Shown piece after piece: positions 9,716 to 19,623 of a stretch of DNA of 64,000 bases. Both the position numbers and the translations under genes were made by a program. Position 1 is the stretch's first letter. Each line of letters opens with the position of its first letter. The notes under the pieces are model-generated. The model did no database searches, was not told where the DNA came from, and saw only the letters and a list, made by a program, of their open reading frames with translations. The stretch comes from Candidatus Aenigmatarchaeota archaeon (GTDB taxonomy: Archaea; Aenigmatarchaeota; Aenigmatarchaeia; Aenigmatarchaeales; JACQIB01): the NCBI GenBank assembly GCA_016198755.1, contig JACQIB010000005.1, forward strand, positions 128,001-192,000, given 5' to 3'.

Positions 9716-11146
9716 ATGCAGTGGCCTATTTTCTATGGAGATGAATTGAAACTGGGAAACCCTGAAAGCCCTGTCGGGGTCTGCACATTATGGACAAAGC
9801 GAGATGTTATATATAAAAATCTTCCTGAGGGAAAGTTTGCTGTATGTGGAAACCTGTATACTGTGCAGGGCATAAACCCTATGCTAAAGAATGTTTTGGC
9901 TAACCCGAAAATAAGGTATATTGTTATTTGTGGTGCAGATTTAATGAAAAGCGGAGAGGCGCTGATTAACTTCCTGAAAAATGGGATTGGGGATGATAGG
10001 AAAATAATTGGATCTTCGGGCTATATTGATTCAAATGTGGATACTGAGCTTGTTAATAAATTTAGGGAAAATGTGAAGATAATTGATTTGAGGGGGAGGG
10101 AAGCTGATGTGCCAGCTGTTTTAGAGTCTATAAAGGAAGAGGCAAAGCCCTTTATGGAGCCTGTCTGGATAACAGAGCTGGATAAGTCATCTGCCCCACT
10201 GAAAACAGAAGATGTGGTTTTCAAAGTCCGCGGGCCCTCAATACCATGGGTCTGGCTGAGGGCTCTAAATAATGTGATGAAGTTTGGGGAAGAGAAGGAT
10301 ACAGATTATAAAATCAGGCAGAAGGAGATACTGGATTTGGTCTCTGTTATAGATGGGGATGAACCAGCACTCCCGGCATGGCTGCCAATAACAGAAAGGG
10401 ATTTGGAAAACTACTATGAAACATTCTTTTCAAAGGAAAGGCCTCTAGGAGTTGAGTATACATATGGAGAGAGGCTTTTCAACTACCAGCTCTCACATGT
10501 GCCTGATAAATTTTTAGAGGAATTTGGAGAAGCGCAGGATCAGATAGGAGCTGTTGTAAGAATCTTAAAGGAGAGACCGCACACGCGCAGGGCTGTTGCT
10601 TTTACACTGAAAGAGGGAGATTCAGGTTCTAAAAACCCACCTTGCTTAACCCAAATAGTATGGAGTATTAGAGCAGGAAAGCTGGTACAGACTGCAAATT
10701 TCAGATCCCATGATATTTTTGGGGCTTGGTTGTTGAACGCATTTGCTCTCAGAAGGCTGCAGAGGCAGATAGCTGAACGGGTTGGAATTGGGCTGGGAAA
10801 GCTTGTTATTTTATCAAATTCAGCGCATGTTTATGAAAACAACTGGAAGGAAGCTGAGAAAATACTGGAAAAGAGCTTTGCAGGCAGGGTTCTCCCGCTG
10901 GTTGAGGATGAACATGGCTATTTTATTGTAAAAGTAGAACAGGGGATTTTTGTTGAACACTATACAAAGGAAGGACTGCCTTCAGGATTTGTTTTCCATG
11001 GGAAGGATGCCCAAATACTGTATAGGAAAATACTGCACGAGGGGTTGGTCTCCCTTATGGATCATGCAGCCTATCTTGGCCATCAGTTGGCAAAGGCTGA
11101 ATACTGCCTGAAAACAGGGGAAAAATTTGTGCAGGATAAAGCATAG
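9716..11146 (+). CDS. thyA: Thymidylate synthase with N-terminal MtrA-like and C-terminal DUF4346-like domains
   Basis: VGVCTLWT/NPKIRYIVICG (MtrA-like); YTYGERL, TRRA, PPCL, FRSHD, SAHVYE (ThyA); DHAAYLGHQLAKAE. Confidence 0.88.
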   Translation: MQWPIFYGDELKLGNPESPVGVCTLWTKRDVIYKNLPEGKFAVCGNLYTVQGINPMLKNVLANPKIRYIVICGADLMKSGEALINFLKNGIGDDRKIIGSSGYIDSNVDTELVNKFRENVKIIDLRGREADVPAVLESIKEEAKPFMEPVWITELDKSSAPLKTEDVVFKVRGPSIPWVWLRALNNVMKFGEEKDTDYKIRQKEILDLVSVIDGDEPALPAWLPITERDLENYYETFFSKERPLGVEYTYGERLFNYQLSHVPDKFLEEFGEAQDQIGAVVRILKERPHTRRAVAFTLKEGDSGSKNPPCLTQIVWSIRAGKLVQTANFRSHDIFGAWLLNAFALRRLQRQIAERVGIGLGKLVILSNSAHVYENNWKEAEKILEKSFAGRVLPLVEDEHGYFIVKVEQGIFVEHYTKEGLPSGFVFHGKDAQILYRKILHEGLVSLMDHAAYLGHQLAKAEYCLKTGEKFVQDKA

Positions 11147-11214
11147 GTTCTTAAACTTTTTCCTTTCCTCTCTGGTAGAGATGTGCTTAAATAATTTACA
11201 CACAGAATTGTAGA

Positions 11215-12183
11215 ATGCGTGTGGGGGTTGAAAGAACGGGTAGCAGCAGGCCTCAGAAACCTGTTTTGAAAGTTTTGGGGGACTTTGATTTAACACTTGG
11301 TCCATATTGTCAGGGATCTATTTTTAGGCATTTTAAAGTGAATGAAGCTGATTTCTGGAGAGAAAAGGAAGAACTTCTTCAAACATGGAGACAGGAACAG
11401 GGATATGAAGGACCAGGAGAGCTTGCATACCTTGCACTCATGATAAACTATGCAAGACCGGGGGGAAAGATGGCTGGACTAAATAACAGACTTATACATG
11501 ACCTTGGAAAAGAATTGGAATTTTATCCTGGAGTTCCGGATTTTATACCTGCTGTAAAAGCTGCTGTTGAGGAAGATCCAAGATGTAAAGATCATGGATT
11601 GAAGGTTGATTTTCATGTTGTTACAACAGGTCTGGATGAGATAATACGCGGAAGTCCATTAGCTCAGCACATAGTAAGTGTACATGGAAGTGGGTTTATA
11701 GAACAGGATGGTGTTATAGCAGTGCCGCGTTTGCTTTCCCCATATGGAAAGGGAGAGTATCTGTTTACGCTAACAAAAGGGCGCCAGGATTTGCTGAATG
11801 TGGAAATGTCTGATGAAGCAAGAGTTGCTCTTAAGAGCGATGTATTTGCCTTGGGAGATGGACCATCTGACATAGCAATGTTCAGGCTCGTAAAGAAAAA
11901 TGGAGGCATAGCTATGGGAGTATACGACCCCAAAAGTAATAAGTCGAGATCACAGAATATGACTATGCTTAGGGAAGGAAGGATAGACCTATCTGGCCCC
12001 ACAGATTATAGTGAAGGGAGTCATACACGCATACAGATAGAAGAAGGGCTTTTGCACATGGCTTATAGGGTTATAGATGATATTGAAGCCAGGAGCCGTG
12101 GGGGTGTGGGCGCTGATGTTGGACACTTGAATGCCCCAAGGGTTGTTGCTGGACCTGCACACAGACCGGAAAGAAAAACCTAA
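11215..12183 (+). CDS. HAD-superfamily hydrolase
   Basis: DFDLTL motif I, YPGV, TTG motif II, GDGPSD motif IV. Confidence 0.85.
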   Translation: MRVGVERTGSSRPQKPVLKVLGDFDLTLGPYCQGSIFRHFKVNEADFWREKEELLQTWRQEQGYEGPGELAYLALMINYARPGGKMAGLNNRLIHDLGKELEFYPGVPDFIPAVKAAVEEDPRCKDHGLKVDFHVVTTGLDEIIRGSPLAQHIVSVHGSGFIEQDGVIAVPRLLSPYGKGEYLFTLTKGRQDLLNVEMSDEARVALKSDVFALGDGPSDIAMFRLVKKNGGIAMGVYDPKSNKSRSQNMTMLREGRIDLSGPTDYSEGSHTRIQIEEGLLHMAYRVIDDIEARSRGGVGADVGHLNAPRVVAGPAHRPERKT

Positions 12184-12256
12184 AGTTTATTTTGAAATAC
12201 TTTTATATTTTTTTCATTATACATGTCTTTAAATGTTTTTCTGACACAATTAAAAT

Positions 12257-13264
12257 ATGCCTGATAAAAGGAAGTGGGAAGAGCCTGCTACACCAGCTAT
12301 ACCGGGAAAACCTGTATATTTAGAAGTTTTTATGGATTTTGATAAAACTCTAGGAGAGTATTGTGAGCATCCTTTATTTAGGCGTTGTGGAGTAGATCCT
12401 GTAAAATTCTGGGTTAGAAACAACGAGTGGACAGAACAGCTTAAAGCTGGTGGATATAATGTTGGCACTGGGGAAATAGGATATATGACACTTATGATTA
12501 GATGTGCCAGAGGACTAGAACCTGAATTCAGAGGTATGAAGGGACTGAACAATAGAATGCTGCGAGAATCAGGTGAAGAACTTGAAACTTATCCTGGTGT
12601 TCCAACTTTTATAGACAATTTAAAAAGTTGTTTGGAAGGCAGAGAAGAATGGAGAAATTATAATATAAGATTAGGTTTCCATGTTGCATCAACAGGCTTG
12701 ACAGAAGTTATATTGGGAAATGAATTGGCTAAACACCTTTCGACTGTAACTGGCCATGAAAACCGGCAAATTCAAAGTGTACATGGATCTCAGTTTATTG
12801 AAGAGGATGGTGTAATAGCGCATCCTATATTGCTGGATCCATATTCAAAAGGTAGAGTAATATATCAAATAGCAAAGGGTGGTCTAGACCTTTTGAATGT
12901 TGATGTTCCAATAGAAAAAAGGAGATCTTTGAAGCGTAATTTTCTTGTTTTGGGCGATGGTCCATCTGATAAGGCTGCTTTCTCTGTGGCTCATCGTTAC
13001 GGGGGAAGGGGAATAGGTGTATTTGATCCTGCTAATAAAAATTCTATAATGCAAGTTCATAGACTCCATGAAGAAGGTGTGATTAACCATATGTGTCCAG
13101 CAGATTTTACTCCAGGAGGTGCTACATTACTGACAATGGAAGCAACGCTTATGGGAATGGCAGAAAGAGTAATTGAAGAATTATCCCAACAGTCAGTTTA
13201 TGCAATGCACTCTGCACCAACTTATCTTGAAGCCCCAGTTCCTAAGAAAGTAGGAAAAGCATAA
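12257..13264 (+). CDS. HAD-superfamily hydrolase, paralog of the upstream gene
   Basis: DFDKTL, YPGV, STG, GDGPSD; shares GLNNR and SVHGSxFIExDGVIA blocks. Confidence 0.85.
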   Translation: MPDKRKWEEPATPAIPGKPVYLEVFMDFDKTLGEYCEHPLFRRCGVDPVKFWVRNNEWTEQLKAGGYNVGTGEIGYMTLMIRCARGLEPEFRGMKGLNNRMLRESGEELETYPGVPTFIDNLKSCLEGREEWRNYNIRLGFHVASTGLTEVILGNELAKHLSTVTGHENRQIQSVHGSQFIEEDGVIAHPILLDPYSKGRVIYQIAKGGLDLLNVDVPIEKRRSLKRNFLVLGDGPSDKAAFSVAHRYGGRGIGVFDPANKNSIMQVHRLHEEGVINHMCPADFTPGGATLLTMEATLMGMAERVIEELSQQSVYAMHSAPTYLEAPVPKKVGKA

Positions 13265-13333
13265 CAAAATAAATTTTACGCGTCAAACTCAGCAAAGGAG
13301 CCTATTTATTCTTTCTCTGGCATTAGTTTTTGG

Positions 13334-13954
13334 TTGGATTTTATGGGCGGAAGAGAAATGAAGGTGAATTTTGTGCGGGTATCAGATCCAATGTTTCTTA
13401 CTACAGATCATGGATACCATGTCTGGGTGGATTCACTTAAGCCCTTTGTGAAATTAACTGGAGTAGTCGAGGGTAAAACAGTATATCCAAGGGAAGTGCG
13501 GGGAGGGTATGCTACAGATCCAAAGCTGGGAAGGTCTGCCTCTGGATTGGATAGGGTAGATAGAAGAGCAATGGATATTTTTAAGGAAATATTGCTAGCC
13601 GAAAGGGTTAGATATGTTGAGGATGATATGGAGCCTCATGTAGAGGGTATAGACATTAAAAGTTTGGCTGGAAAGTTTAATTTTTCTCATGGGGGAACAG
13701 AATACAAAGCTGTGCCCAGATGGTTTTTGCTTGGGTATTCTCCGGATCATGCTCTTTCTTTAACTCTGGCTCCGGGTACTCCTGATAGATTACGTCTAAC
13801 AACTGTCTACCAATATAGCAACAAGGGTGTTGAAGACAGAAGTCAGTTTAATAGAGCTGTTAGAAAAGTTGTTCCTGCTGATGTACATTTCGGTGTTGTA
13901 CCATTTCCAAAGGGCAAAGCCACTGTTGTTCCGCCTCCATTTATTATTCACTAA
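13334..13954 (+). CDS. Hypothetical protein
   Basis: 206-aa ORF, start uncertain. Confidence 0.6.
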   Translation: MDFMGGREMKVNFVRVSDPMFLTTDHGYHVWVDSLKPFVKLTGVVEGKTVYPREVRGGYATDPKLGRSASGLDRVDRRAMDIFKEILLAERVRYVEDDMEPHVEGIDIKSLAGKFNFSHGGTEYKAVPRWFLLGYSPDHALSLTLAPGTPDRLRLTTVYQYSNKGVEDRSQFNRAVRKVVPADVHFGVVPFPKGKATVVPPPFIIH

Positions 13955-14035
13955 ACCGGAAGCTGCAGGAAAGGTTTATAAACGTTCTCTGATATTAGAG
14001 TGCAGCTTGAAAGCCATTGGGCTGATGTGAGAAAT

Positions 14036-14539
14036 ATGGGGTTTACAAAGTATTTGAGGCAGAATTGGGGCTCTGAAGAGCAGAAAGAGCTAATGAGAGG
14101 GAGGCTTATTTCTTGGAGAAAGGAAGGGACTGTTAAGAGGATTGAAAGGCCAACAAGGCTGGACAGGGCTCATTCTTTGGGATGGAAAGCTAAGCAGGGA
14201 TTTTTTATTGTAAGGGTTAAGATTGGAAAGGGAACTAGCAAGAGAGAGAAACCAGCTGGTGGAAGGAAGCCTTCGAAAGCTGGAATGACTTCCATGAACC
14301 CTAAAAGAAGTTTGCAGGCTATTGCTGAAGGGAGAGCCAGCAGAAAGTTTCCGAATGCTGAAGTTTTGAACAGCTATTATATGGCTGAGGATGGAAAGCA
14401 AAAATGGTTTGAAGTTATTCTTGTAGACAGATCTCATCCAGCTATTATTTCAGACAGAACAGTAGGATGGATTGCTAATGTAAGGGGAAGGAGTGAGAGA
14501 GGATTGACTTCTGCAGGTAAAAAAAGCAGGGATTTGTAA
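14036..14539 (+). CDS. rpl15e: 50S ribosomal protein L15e
   Basis: RPTRLDRAHSLGWKAKQG, EVLNSY, WFEVILVD, RGLTSAGKKSR. Confidence 0.97.
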   Translation: MGFTKYLRQNWGSEEQKELMRGRLISWRKEGTVKRIERPTRLDRAHSLGWKAKQGFFIVRVKIGKGTSKREKPAGGRKPSKAGMTSMNPKRSLQAIAEGRASRKFPNAEVLNSYYMAEDGKQKWFEVILVDRSHPAIISDRTVGWIANVRGRSERGLTSAGKKSRDL

Positions 14540-14591
14540 ATATTTTGAAGCATACAAATTATTATAAATAAGTTTGCAGCTATATTTGAGG

Positions 14592-15056
14592 ATGGTTAAT
14601 GGTATTCTAAGGGAAGGTATAAAACCGTTAGCGATTGCTGGATGGATGAATGTTGGTGTAAGAGAAGTAGACAGAAGAGTGGGTGTTGGGGTATACGAGA
14701 GGGTGGAGCTTGAACATGGACCGCCCGCTGTTCCTACTGCACGGTGCAGTGTTTCACCAGCTCCACTAACTTCTCTTGGAAGTATGAGCCCATATTTGGT
14801 TTTTCTTGCCGAACATCATGCCAGGGATAGTGAATTGAGAATAGGATTGTATGTTCCGCCTGCAAAATATACAAGCTTGGCTGGGTTTACAGTAGACACG
14901 CCTCTGCAAATATTGTTTGATGGGAATAGGTTAAGGGTGGAACATTCTGAAAGGGGGTTCGAGCATGTGGGAGAAGGTGTCATAAAGAGGTCCTGTATAC
15001 CAGAGAGTATCATTGGAGTGGAAACTGAAGCAGCAGAACCTGTTGCAGGTGCCTAG
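14592..15056 (+). CDS. Hypothetical protein
   Basis: ORF with TTATAAATA box about 30 nt before ATG 14592. Confidence 0.55.
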   Translation: MVNGILREGIKPLAIAGWMNVGVREVDRRVGVGVYERVELEHGPPAVPTARCSVSPAPLTSLGSMSPYLVFLAEHHARDSELRIGLYVPPAKYTSLAGFTVDTPLQILFDGNRLRVEHSERGFEHVGEGVIKRSCIPESIIGVETEAAEPVAGA

Positions 15057-15096
15057 TTTCAGGTGGGTTTTTATTCTTGCCTGAGAAAGCTTTTGT

Positions 15097-15825
15097 ATGG
15101 CACAGTTTTATGACTTGTGTGTTAGAAGCCCGTTTTCAGGCGGGCAGAGCTCGCTGGCTGAGATAGTAAAGGCTGGGGAGAAGTTTGGGTTTTCAGGGAT
15201 TTGTATAGTGGATAATTTTAGGGATTTGGCTGGGTTAGGGGAACTGAAAGCTGCAGTTGAAAAAGCAAGAGCTGGAACAAAGCTGGATATTGCTATAGGC
15301 GCTGAGATAAGGGTTGATTCTGTGCAGGAGCTAAAGAAAGTTGTGGAACAGGTAAGGGAAAGAGTGGAAGTTCTTATTGTTAGTGGGGGGGATTACAATA
15401 TTAATCGCGCGGCGTGCGAGGATTCGAGAGTGGATATTCTTTTACATCCGGAAGCCGGAAGGATTGACTCTGGGTTGGATGAGACTTGTGCAGAAGCTGC
15501 ACAAAAAAACAGCGTTGCAATGGGATTTAGTTTTAAAGAACTTTTGAACAGCTTCAGAAAACAACGGGCTAAAATACTGGAAAGTATTGGAACAAATGCG
15601 CAGCTTTTGGAAAAAACAAAGGGGTTGGGGGTTGCTGTTTCCTCTGCTTCTTCTGTCTGGGAAATGAGGGAACCGCGCCAGCTGGCTTCTGTACTGACTG
15701 CACTGGGATTTGAGCTTTCCGCGGCTCTTAGAATGGTGTCTGAAAATCCTGTATGGATACTTGAAAAGAACAGGAAGGTTTTGGCTGGGAAAAGAATAAC
15801 AGAGGGGGTTGAGATAGTTGGCTGA
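15097..15825 (+). CDS. rnp3: RNase P protein Rpp30
   Basis: PHP-like fold, GGDYNINRAACEDSRVDILLHP, superoperon position. Confidence 0.92.
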   Translation: MAQFYDLCVRSPFSGGQSSLAEIVKAGEKFGFSGICIVDNFRDLAGLGELKAAVEKARAGTKLDIAIGAEIRVDSVQELKKVVEQVRERVEVLIVSGGDYNINRAACEDSRVDILLHPEAGRIDSGLDETCAEAAQKNSVAMGFSFKELLNSFRKQRAKILESIGTNAQLLEKTKGLGVAVSSASSVWEMREPRQLASVLTALGFELSAALRMVSENPVWILEKNRKVLAGKRITEGVEIVG

Positions 15826-16288
15826 TTTTCCTGAAAAAACAGAACCGAGACCAAACAGGCTTTCCCCAACTCTTAGGGATAAGAAAAGGTATCTTGCATT
15901 TTATGTGGAAAGGGGCGGGGATGTACAGTTTATGGATTTGCTGAATGCTATCTGGCAGGGTATACTTGGATTTTTAGGGGAGCTGGGAACTGCAAAGGCT
16001 GGGATTTGGATTTTAAAAACTACATGGGATGAACAGAGAAGAATGGGACTGATAAAGTGTAATAACACTTCTGTGGAAGAGGTAAGGGCTGCGCTTTCTG
16101 TTGTAAACAGGGTTGGGGATGTTCCTGTTACTGTAACTGTTGTTGGGGTTTCAGGAACTATTAAGGGTGCGAAGAAGAAGTTTTTCGGTGAGAGAGATTT
16201 AATGAGCTTTGCTGGAACTGCTCCTGTGCAGACTGCAGAGATAGAAGAAGAGGAGGGGGGAGAAGAGGAGGAAGGAGAACTTTTCTGA
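15818..16288 (+). CDS. rnp2: RNase P protein Pop5
   Basis: PTLRDKKRYLAF, GVSGTIKGA; acidic C-terminal tail. Confidence 0.92.
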   Translation: MADFPEKTEPRPNRLSPTLRDKKRYLAFYVERGGDVQFMDLLNAIWQGILGFLGELGTAKAGIWILKTTWDEQRRMGLIKCNNTSVEEVRAALSVVNRVGDVPVTVTVVGVSGTIKGAKKKFFGERDLMSFAGTAPVQTAEIEEEEGGEEEEGELF

Positions 16289-16297
16289 GGTGGAAAA

Positions 16298-16906
16298 ATG
16301 GAACCTGATATTATTGCTGTTGTTGTTCACAGGGGATTTGTTTATGCTGATACTTTCATGAGCATTTGGGACATGAAAAAGCCTGGAAAATTCAGGTTAG
16401 CTTCTGTTAAAGGGGGCATGCTGGATACTGCTAGGAACAGGGCAGTGCAGGAATTTTTAAGGGATACAAAAGCTACACATCTGTTTTTTGTGGATTCTGA
16501 TATGGTTTTGCCAGCTGATGGGCTGGTAAAGCTTTTAGCACATGGAAAGAGTATTGTTTCTGGTATTTATTTCAAAAAAGAAAATCCATATTACCCTGTT
16601 ATTTGCAGGGAAGCTGGGAAAGGGTATGAGCCTGTTGAGGACTATACTGAAGGGTTGATAGAAATAGATGGGTGTGGGGCTGGCTGTTTGTTGATTTCAA
16701 GGGAAGCTGCTGAAACTATATTGAAAATTGTGGGGGAGGAAAATGGCTTTCCAGCGTTCTTTAGTTTTGCGCATGGGATTAGCGAGGATTTTTGGTTTTG
16801 TGAGAAAGCAAAGGAAGCTGGTTTAAAGATTTTCTGTGATACAACCGTTAAGTGCGGGCATTTAACAGAAAATGCTGTTACTGAAAGGGACTGGAAGGGA
16901 AAATAA
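16298..16906 (+). CDS. GT-A fold (family 2-like) glycosyltransferase
   Basis: ARNRAV, FVDSD, GAGCLLISR, SEDFWFC, CGH. Confidence 0.85.
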   Translation: MEPDIIAVVVHRGFVYADTFMSIWDMKKPGKFRLASVKGGMLDTARNRAVQEFLRDTKATHLFFVDSDMVLPADGLVKLLAHGKSIVSGIYFKKENPYYPVICREAGKGYEPVEDYTEGLIEIDGCGAGCLLISREAAETILKIVGEENGFPAFFSFAHGISEDFWFCEKAKEAGLKIFCDTTVKCGHLTENAVTERDWKGK

Positions 16907-16959
16907 GACATTGTATAAAGCTTTATAAACTTCCTGCTATATAGGAATTCAAGGTTCTT

Positions 16960-17673
16960 ATGGAAGCAATGCCAGAATTCATGGGATATGATAGAGCTAT
17001 AGTAACCTTTTCCCCTGATGGGAGGCTCTTTCAGGTAGAGTATGCAAGAGAGGCTGTTAAGAGGGGAACAACTTCTTTGGGTCTTATTTACAGGGATGGA
17101 GTTGTTTTTGCTGCTATGAGGCCTTTAGAGGAACTTGCTATACCAAATACTGGTTCTGATAAGATACACCAGATAGATGATAATTTAGGAACTGCTATAT
17201 CGGGATTTTTGGCAGATGGCAGGGTTTTGGTGGATGCTGCAAGGGTAAAGGCACAGGTTTATCGTTTAACTTATGATGAAGTTTTGAATGTTACAGGAGT
17301 TGTAAAAGATATTTCTGACAGGATGCAGTTGTTTACACAATATGGAGGAGTAAGGCCTTTTGGAGTGGCTTTGTTGGTGGGAGGTGTGGATGAGAAGGGA
17401 CCGCAGTTGTTTGAAGTTGATCCTTCCTCAGCATTCTACAGCTGGAAAGCACAGGCTATTGGAAAGGGATTTGCAGAGGCTATAAAAATTCTGAAAAAGG
17501 AATGGAAGGAAGGGTTGGGAGAGGAGGAGGCAATAAAGATTGCTCTCACTGCCCTAAAGGCTGGGGAGAAGGGAATAAAACCAATGGAAATTGAGCTTTC
17601 TGTTATAGATGGAAAAGGATTTAGAAAGTATGCTGGAGAAGAAGGAGTAAAGTTTATCAAGAAATATATGTAA
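16960..17673 (+). CDS. psmA: Proteasome alpha subunit
   Basis: YDRAIVTFSPDGRLFQVEYAREAV. Confidence 0.98.
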   Translation: MEAMPEFMGYDRAIVTFSPDGRLFQVEYAREAVKRGTTSLGLIYRDGVVFAAMRPLEELAIPNTGSDKIHQIDDNLGTAISGFLADGRVLVDAARVKAQVYRLTYDEVLNVTGVVKDISDRMQLFTQYGGVRPFGVALLVGGVDEKGPQLFEVDPSSAFYSWKAQAIGKGFAEAIKILKKEWKEGLGEEEAIKIALTALKAGEKGIKPMEIELSVIDGKGFRKYAGEEGVKFIKKYM

Positions 17674-17714
17674 TTTTTCTGGGCTATAAATAGTTTTTCT
17701 AAGAAAGGTTTTGA

Positions 17715-18323
17715 ATGCTACCTAAGCTTGCACTTGATTTGGATGGAACTTTAGCTGATTTGCATTCTGTTATTTTGCCGGAAGTTTCAGCTGAAACAGG
17801 GAAGGTTATTACAGCCAATATGATAACCAGCTGGAAAGCGCTGGCTAGGTACACTGGTAAGTCTTCAGAGGGTTGGAGATATGAGCAGGTATGGGACAAG
17901 TATAAGGATAGAGTAGAAGTTATACAGCCGTATGAACGCGGGCTGGATAGATTAACAGAAAGATTAGGAAAAGTTGCGGAAGTGGATATTGTAACAGCTC
18001 ATGAGGAAGGTTCGAGGGAGCCTATCAGTGAATGGCTGGGACTGTATGGAGTAAAATATAGGGAACTTGTTATAGTTCCTTTAAAATCTAATAAAGAGGA
18101 GTTGTGTAGACATGGGATTTTTGTGGATGATAGTGACAGCCTTGCAAGAAGGATTCAGGAAAAGCAGAGAGTAAGAAGAGTTACGGGAGATCAGGAAAGG
18201 CTGTTGGAATGTTTTCTGTATGATCAGCCTTACAATAGGGGAATTGAAAATGGGAACGGGGTTTCAAGAGTTAGAAGCCTTTTGGAAGTTGTTGAGATTT
18301 TAGAAGGAAGGGCTGAGGCATAA
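17715..18323 (+). CDS. 5'(3')-deoxyribonucleotidase-like HAD protein
   Basis: LDLDGTLAD, IVTAH, FVDD, DQPYNR. Confidence 0.8.
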   Translation: MLPKLALDLDGTLADLHSVILPEVSAETGKVITANMITSWKALARYTGKSSEGWRYEQVWDKYKDRVEVIQPYERGLDRLTERLGKVAEVDIVTAHEEGSREPISEWLGLYGVKYRELVIVPLKSNKEELCRHGIFVDDSDSLARRIQEKQRVRRVTGDQERLLECFLYDQPYNRGIENGNGVSRVRSLLEVVEILEGRAEA

Positions 18324-18356
18324 ACCTATTTTAACCTGTGCGCACAAATTGCCCGC

Positions 18357-19055
18357 ATGGTTTCAGTGGATAAGGCTGTTATTGCAAGGATAAACAAAGC
18401 TGGAAAAAAGTATGAGGTTCTTGTGGATCCTGAGCTGGCTTTAGCTTTCAGAGGAGGGAAAGCTGTTGAAGCTGGAAGTTTGCTTGCAGTGGAGGAGGTT
18501 TTTGAGGATGTTGGGAAGGGAACCAGAGCTGCTGCTGCTGATTTAACAAAAGCTTTTGGAACTGGAAATGCAAAGGATGTGTGCCTGAAAATTGTAAAGG
18601 AAGGGGAGGTTCAGTTAACAACTGAACAGAGAAGGAAAATGCAGGAAGAGAGGGAGAGGGCTGTTGCAGCTATTATTTCAAAGCAGGGAGTTAATCCGCA
18701 GACAGGAGCTCCGCACCCTATAGACAGGGTTCTGAGGGCAATGGAACAGGCAAAAGCCAGAGTTAGTATAGAGCGCTCAGCAGAAGAGCAGGTGGAAGCT
18801 GTGTTAAAAATTGTACAAACTGTTATACCAGTTAAAATAGAGAAAGTGCAGGTTGCGATAAAAATACCTGCTCAGTATTCTGGAAGAGGTGCAGGGATTG
18901 TAAGGGAGTTTGGATACCCTCAGAGGGAGGAATATTCTGGAGATGGATCCTATTTGTGTGTTTTAGAGCTTTCAGCTGGAATGCAGCAGGATCTTTTCAG
19001 CAAATTAAATTCTCTTACACACGGGGATGTTCAGATAAAGCCAATTAAAAAGTAA
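18357..19055 (+). CDS. sdo1: Ribosome maturation factor SBDS
   Basis: GEVQLTTEQRR, NPQTGAPHP. Confidence 0.96.
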   Translation: MVSVDKAVIARINKAGKKYEVLVDPELALAFRGGKAVEAGSLLAVEEVFEDVGKGTRAAAADLTKAFGTGNAKDVCLKIVKEGEVQLTTEQRRKMQEERERAVAAIISKQGVNPQTGAPHPIDRVLRAMEQAKARVSIERSAEEQVEAVLKIVQTVIPVKIEKVQVAIKIPAQYSGRGAGIVREFGYPQREEYSGDGSYLCVLELSAGMQQDLFSKLNSLTHGDVQIKPIKK

Positions 19056-19111
19056 GGCATTTGCCGATGTATAAATTTTGTTTATAAGCCTTATAGTTAG
19101 TAGTTTATTTT

Positions 19112-19483
19112 ATGGGTGGATTGGATCCGGAAACAAAAGCTGCTGCAGATAGATTAGTAGATAAGTTCTTTGGAACTCCTGGATTTGTTTATTTGGACTT
19201 AGCTGAAATTGGTAAAAGACTTGGTAACGATGGAGCTGCATATGCATGTGCTCGCATAGGAGATGGTATAAAAAAACAAGTTGTTGCTGGAAAAGCACGA
19301 GAAACACGCGGAAGTCCAGCTGATGATGGAAGCAGCATGCTGCCTGGTTCAACATTTATGTTAGCTTATGATAATACAAAAGAAACTGGAGATCCATGGT
19401 ATCATTGGGAACAGGATATGAGTGATCCATGGGCTGTTTCTAGAATGACGCGGATTGGAAGTGAACCAGTTACTTTACATTAG
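19112..19483 (+). CDS. Hypothetical protein
   Basis: 123-aa ORF with TTTATAA box about 30 nt upstream. Confidence 0.55.
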   Translation: MGGLDPETKAAADRLVDKFFGTPGFVYLDLAEIGKRLGNDGAAYACARIGDGIKKQVVAGKARETRGSPADDGSSMLPGSTFMLAYDNTKETGDPWYHWEQDMSDPWAVSRMTRIGSEPVTLH

Positions 19484-19623
19484 ACTTGAATGTATTATAG
19501 TTCAATATTTTTTGGAGAGCGGTAGCTTTAAATAGTTCTCAGGGGAAGAAGTGAGCAGTAAATTGGTTGGGCTGAATGGTACAGTTTGTTCTTCGGTCCT
19601 GCCTTTTGAAGGAAGGGAAAAAC

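Noticed and set aside
14000-14035. Possible autoregulatory hairpin in the rpl15e leader (CAGC...GCTG)
   Set aside because: Pairing too short to distinguish from chance
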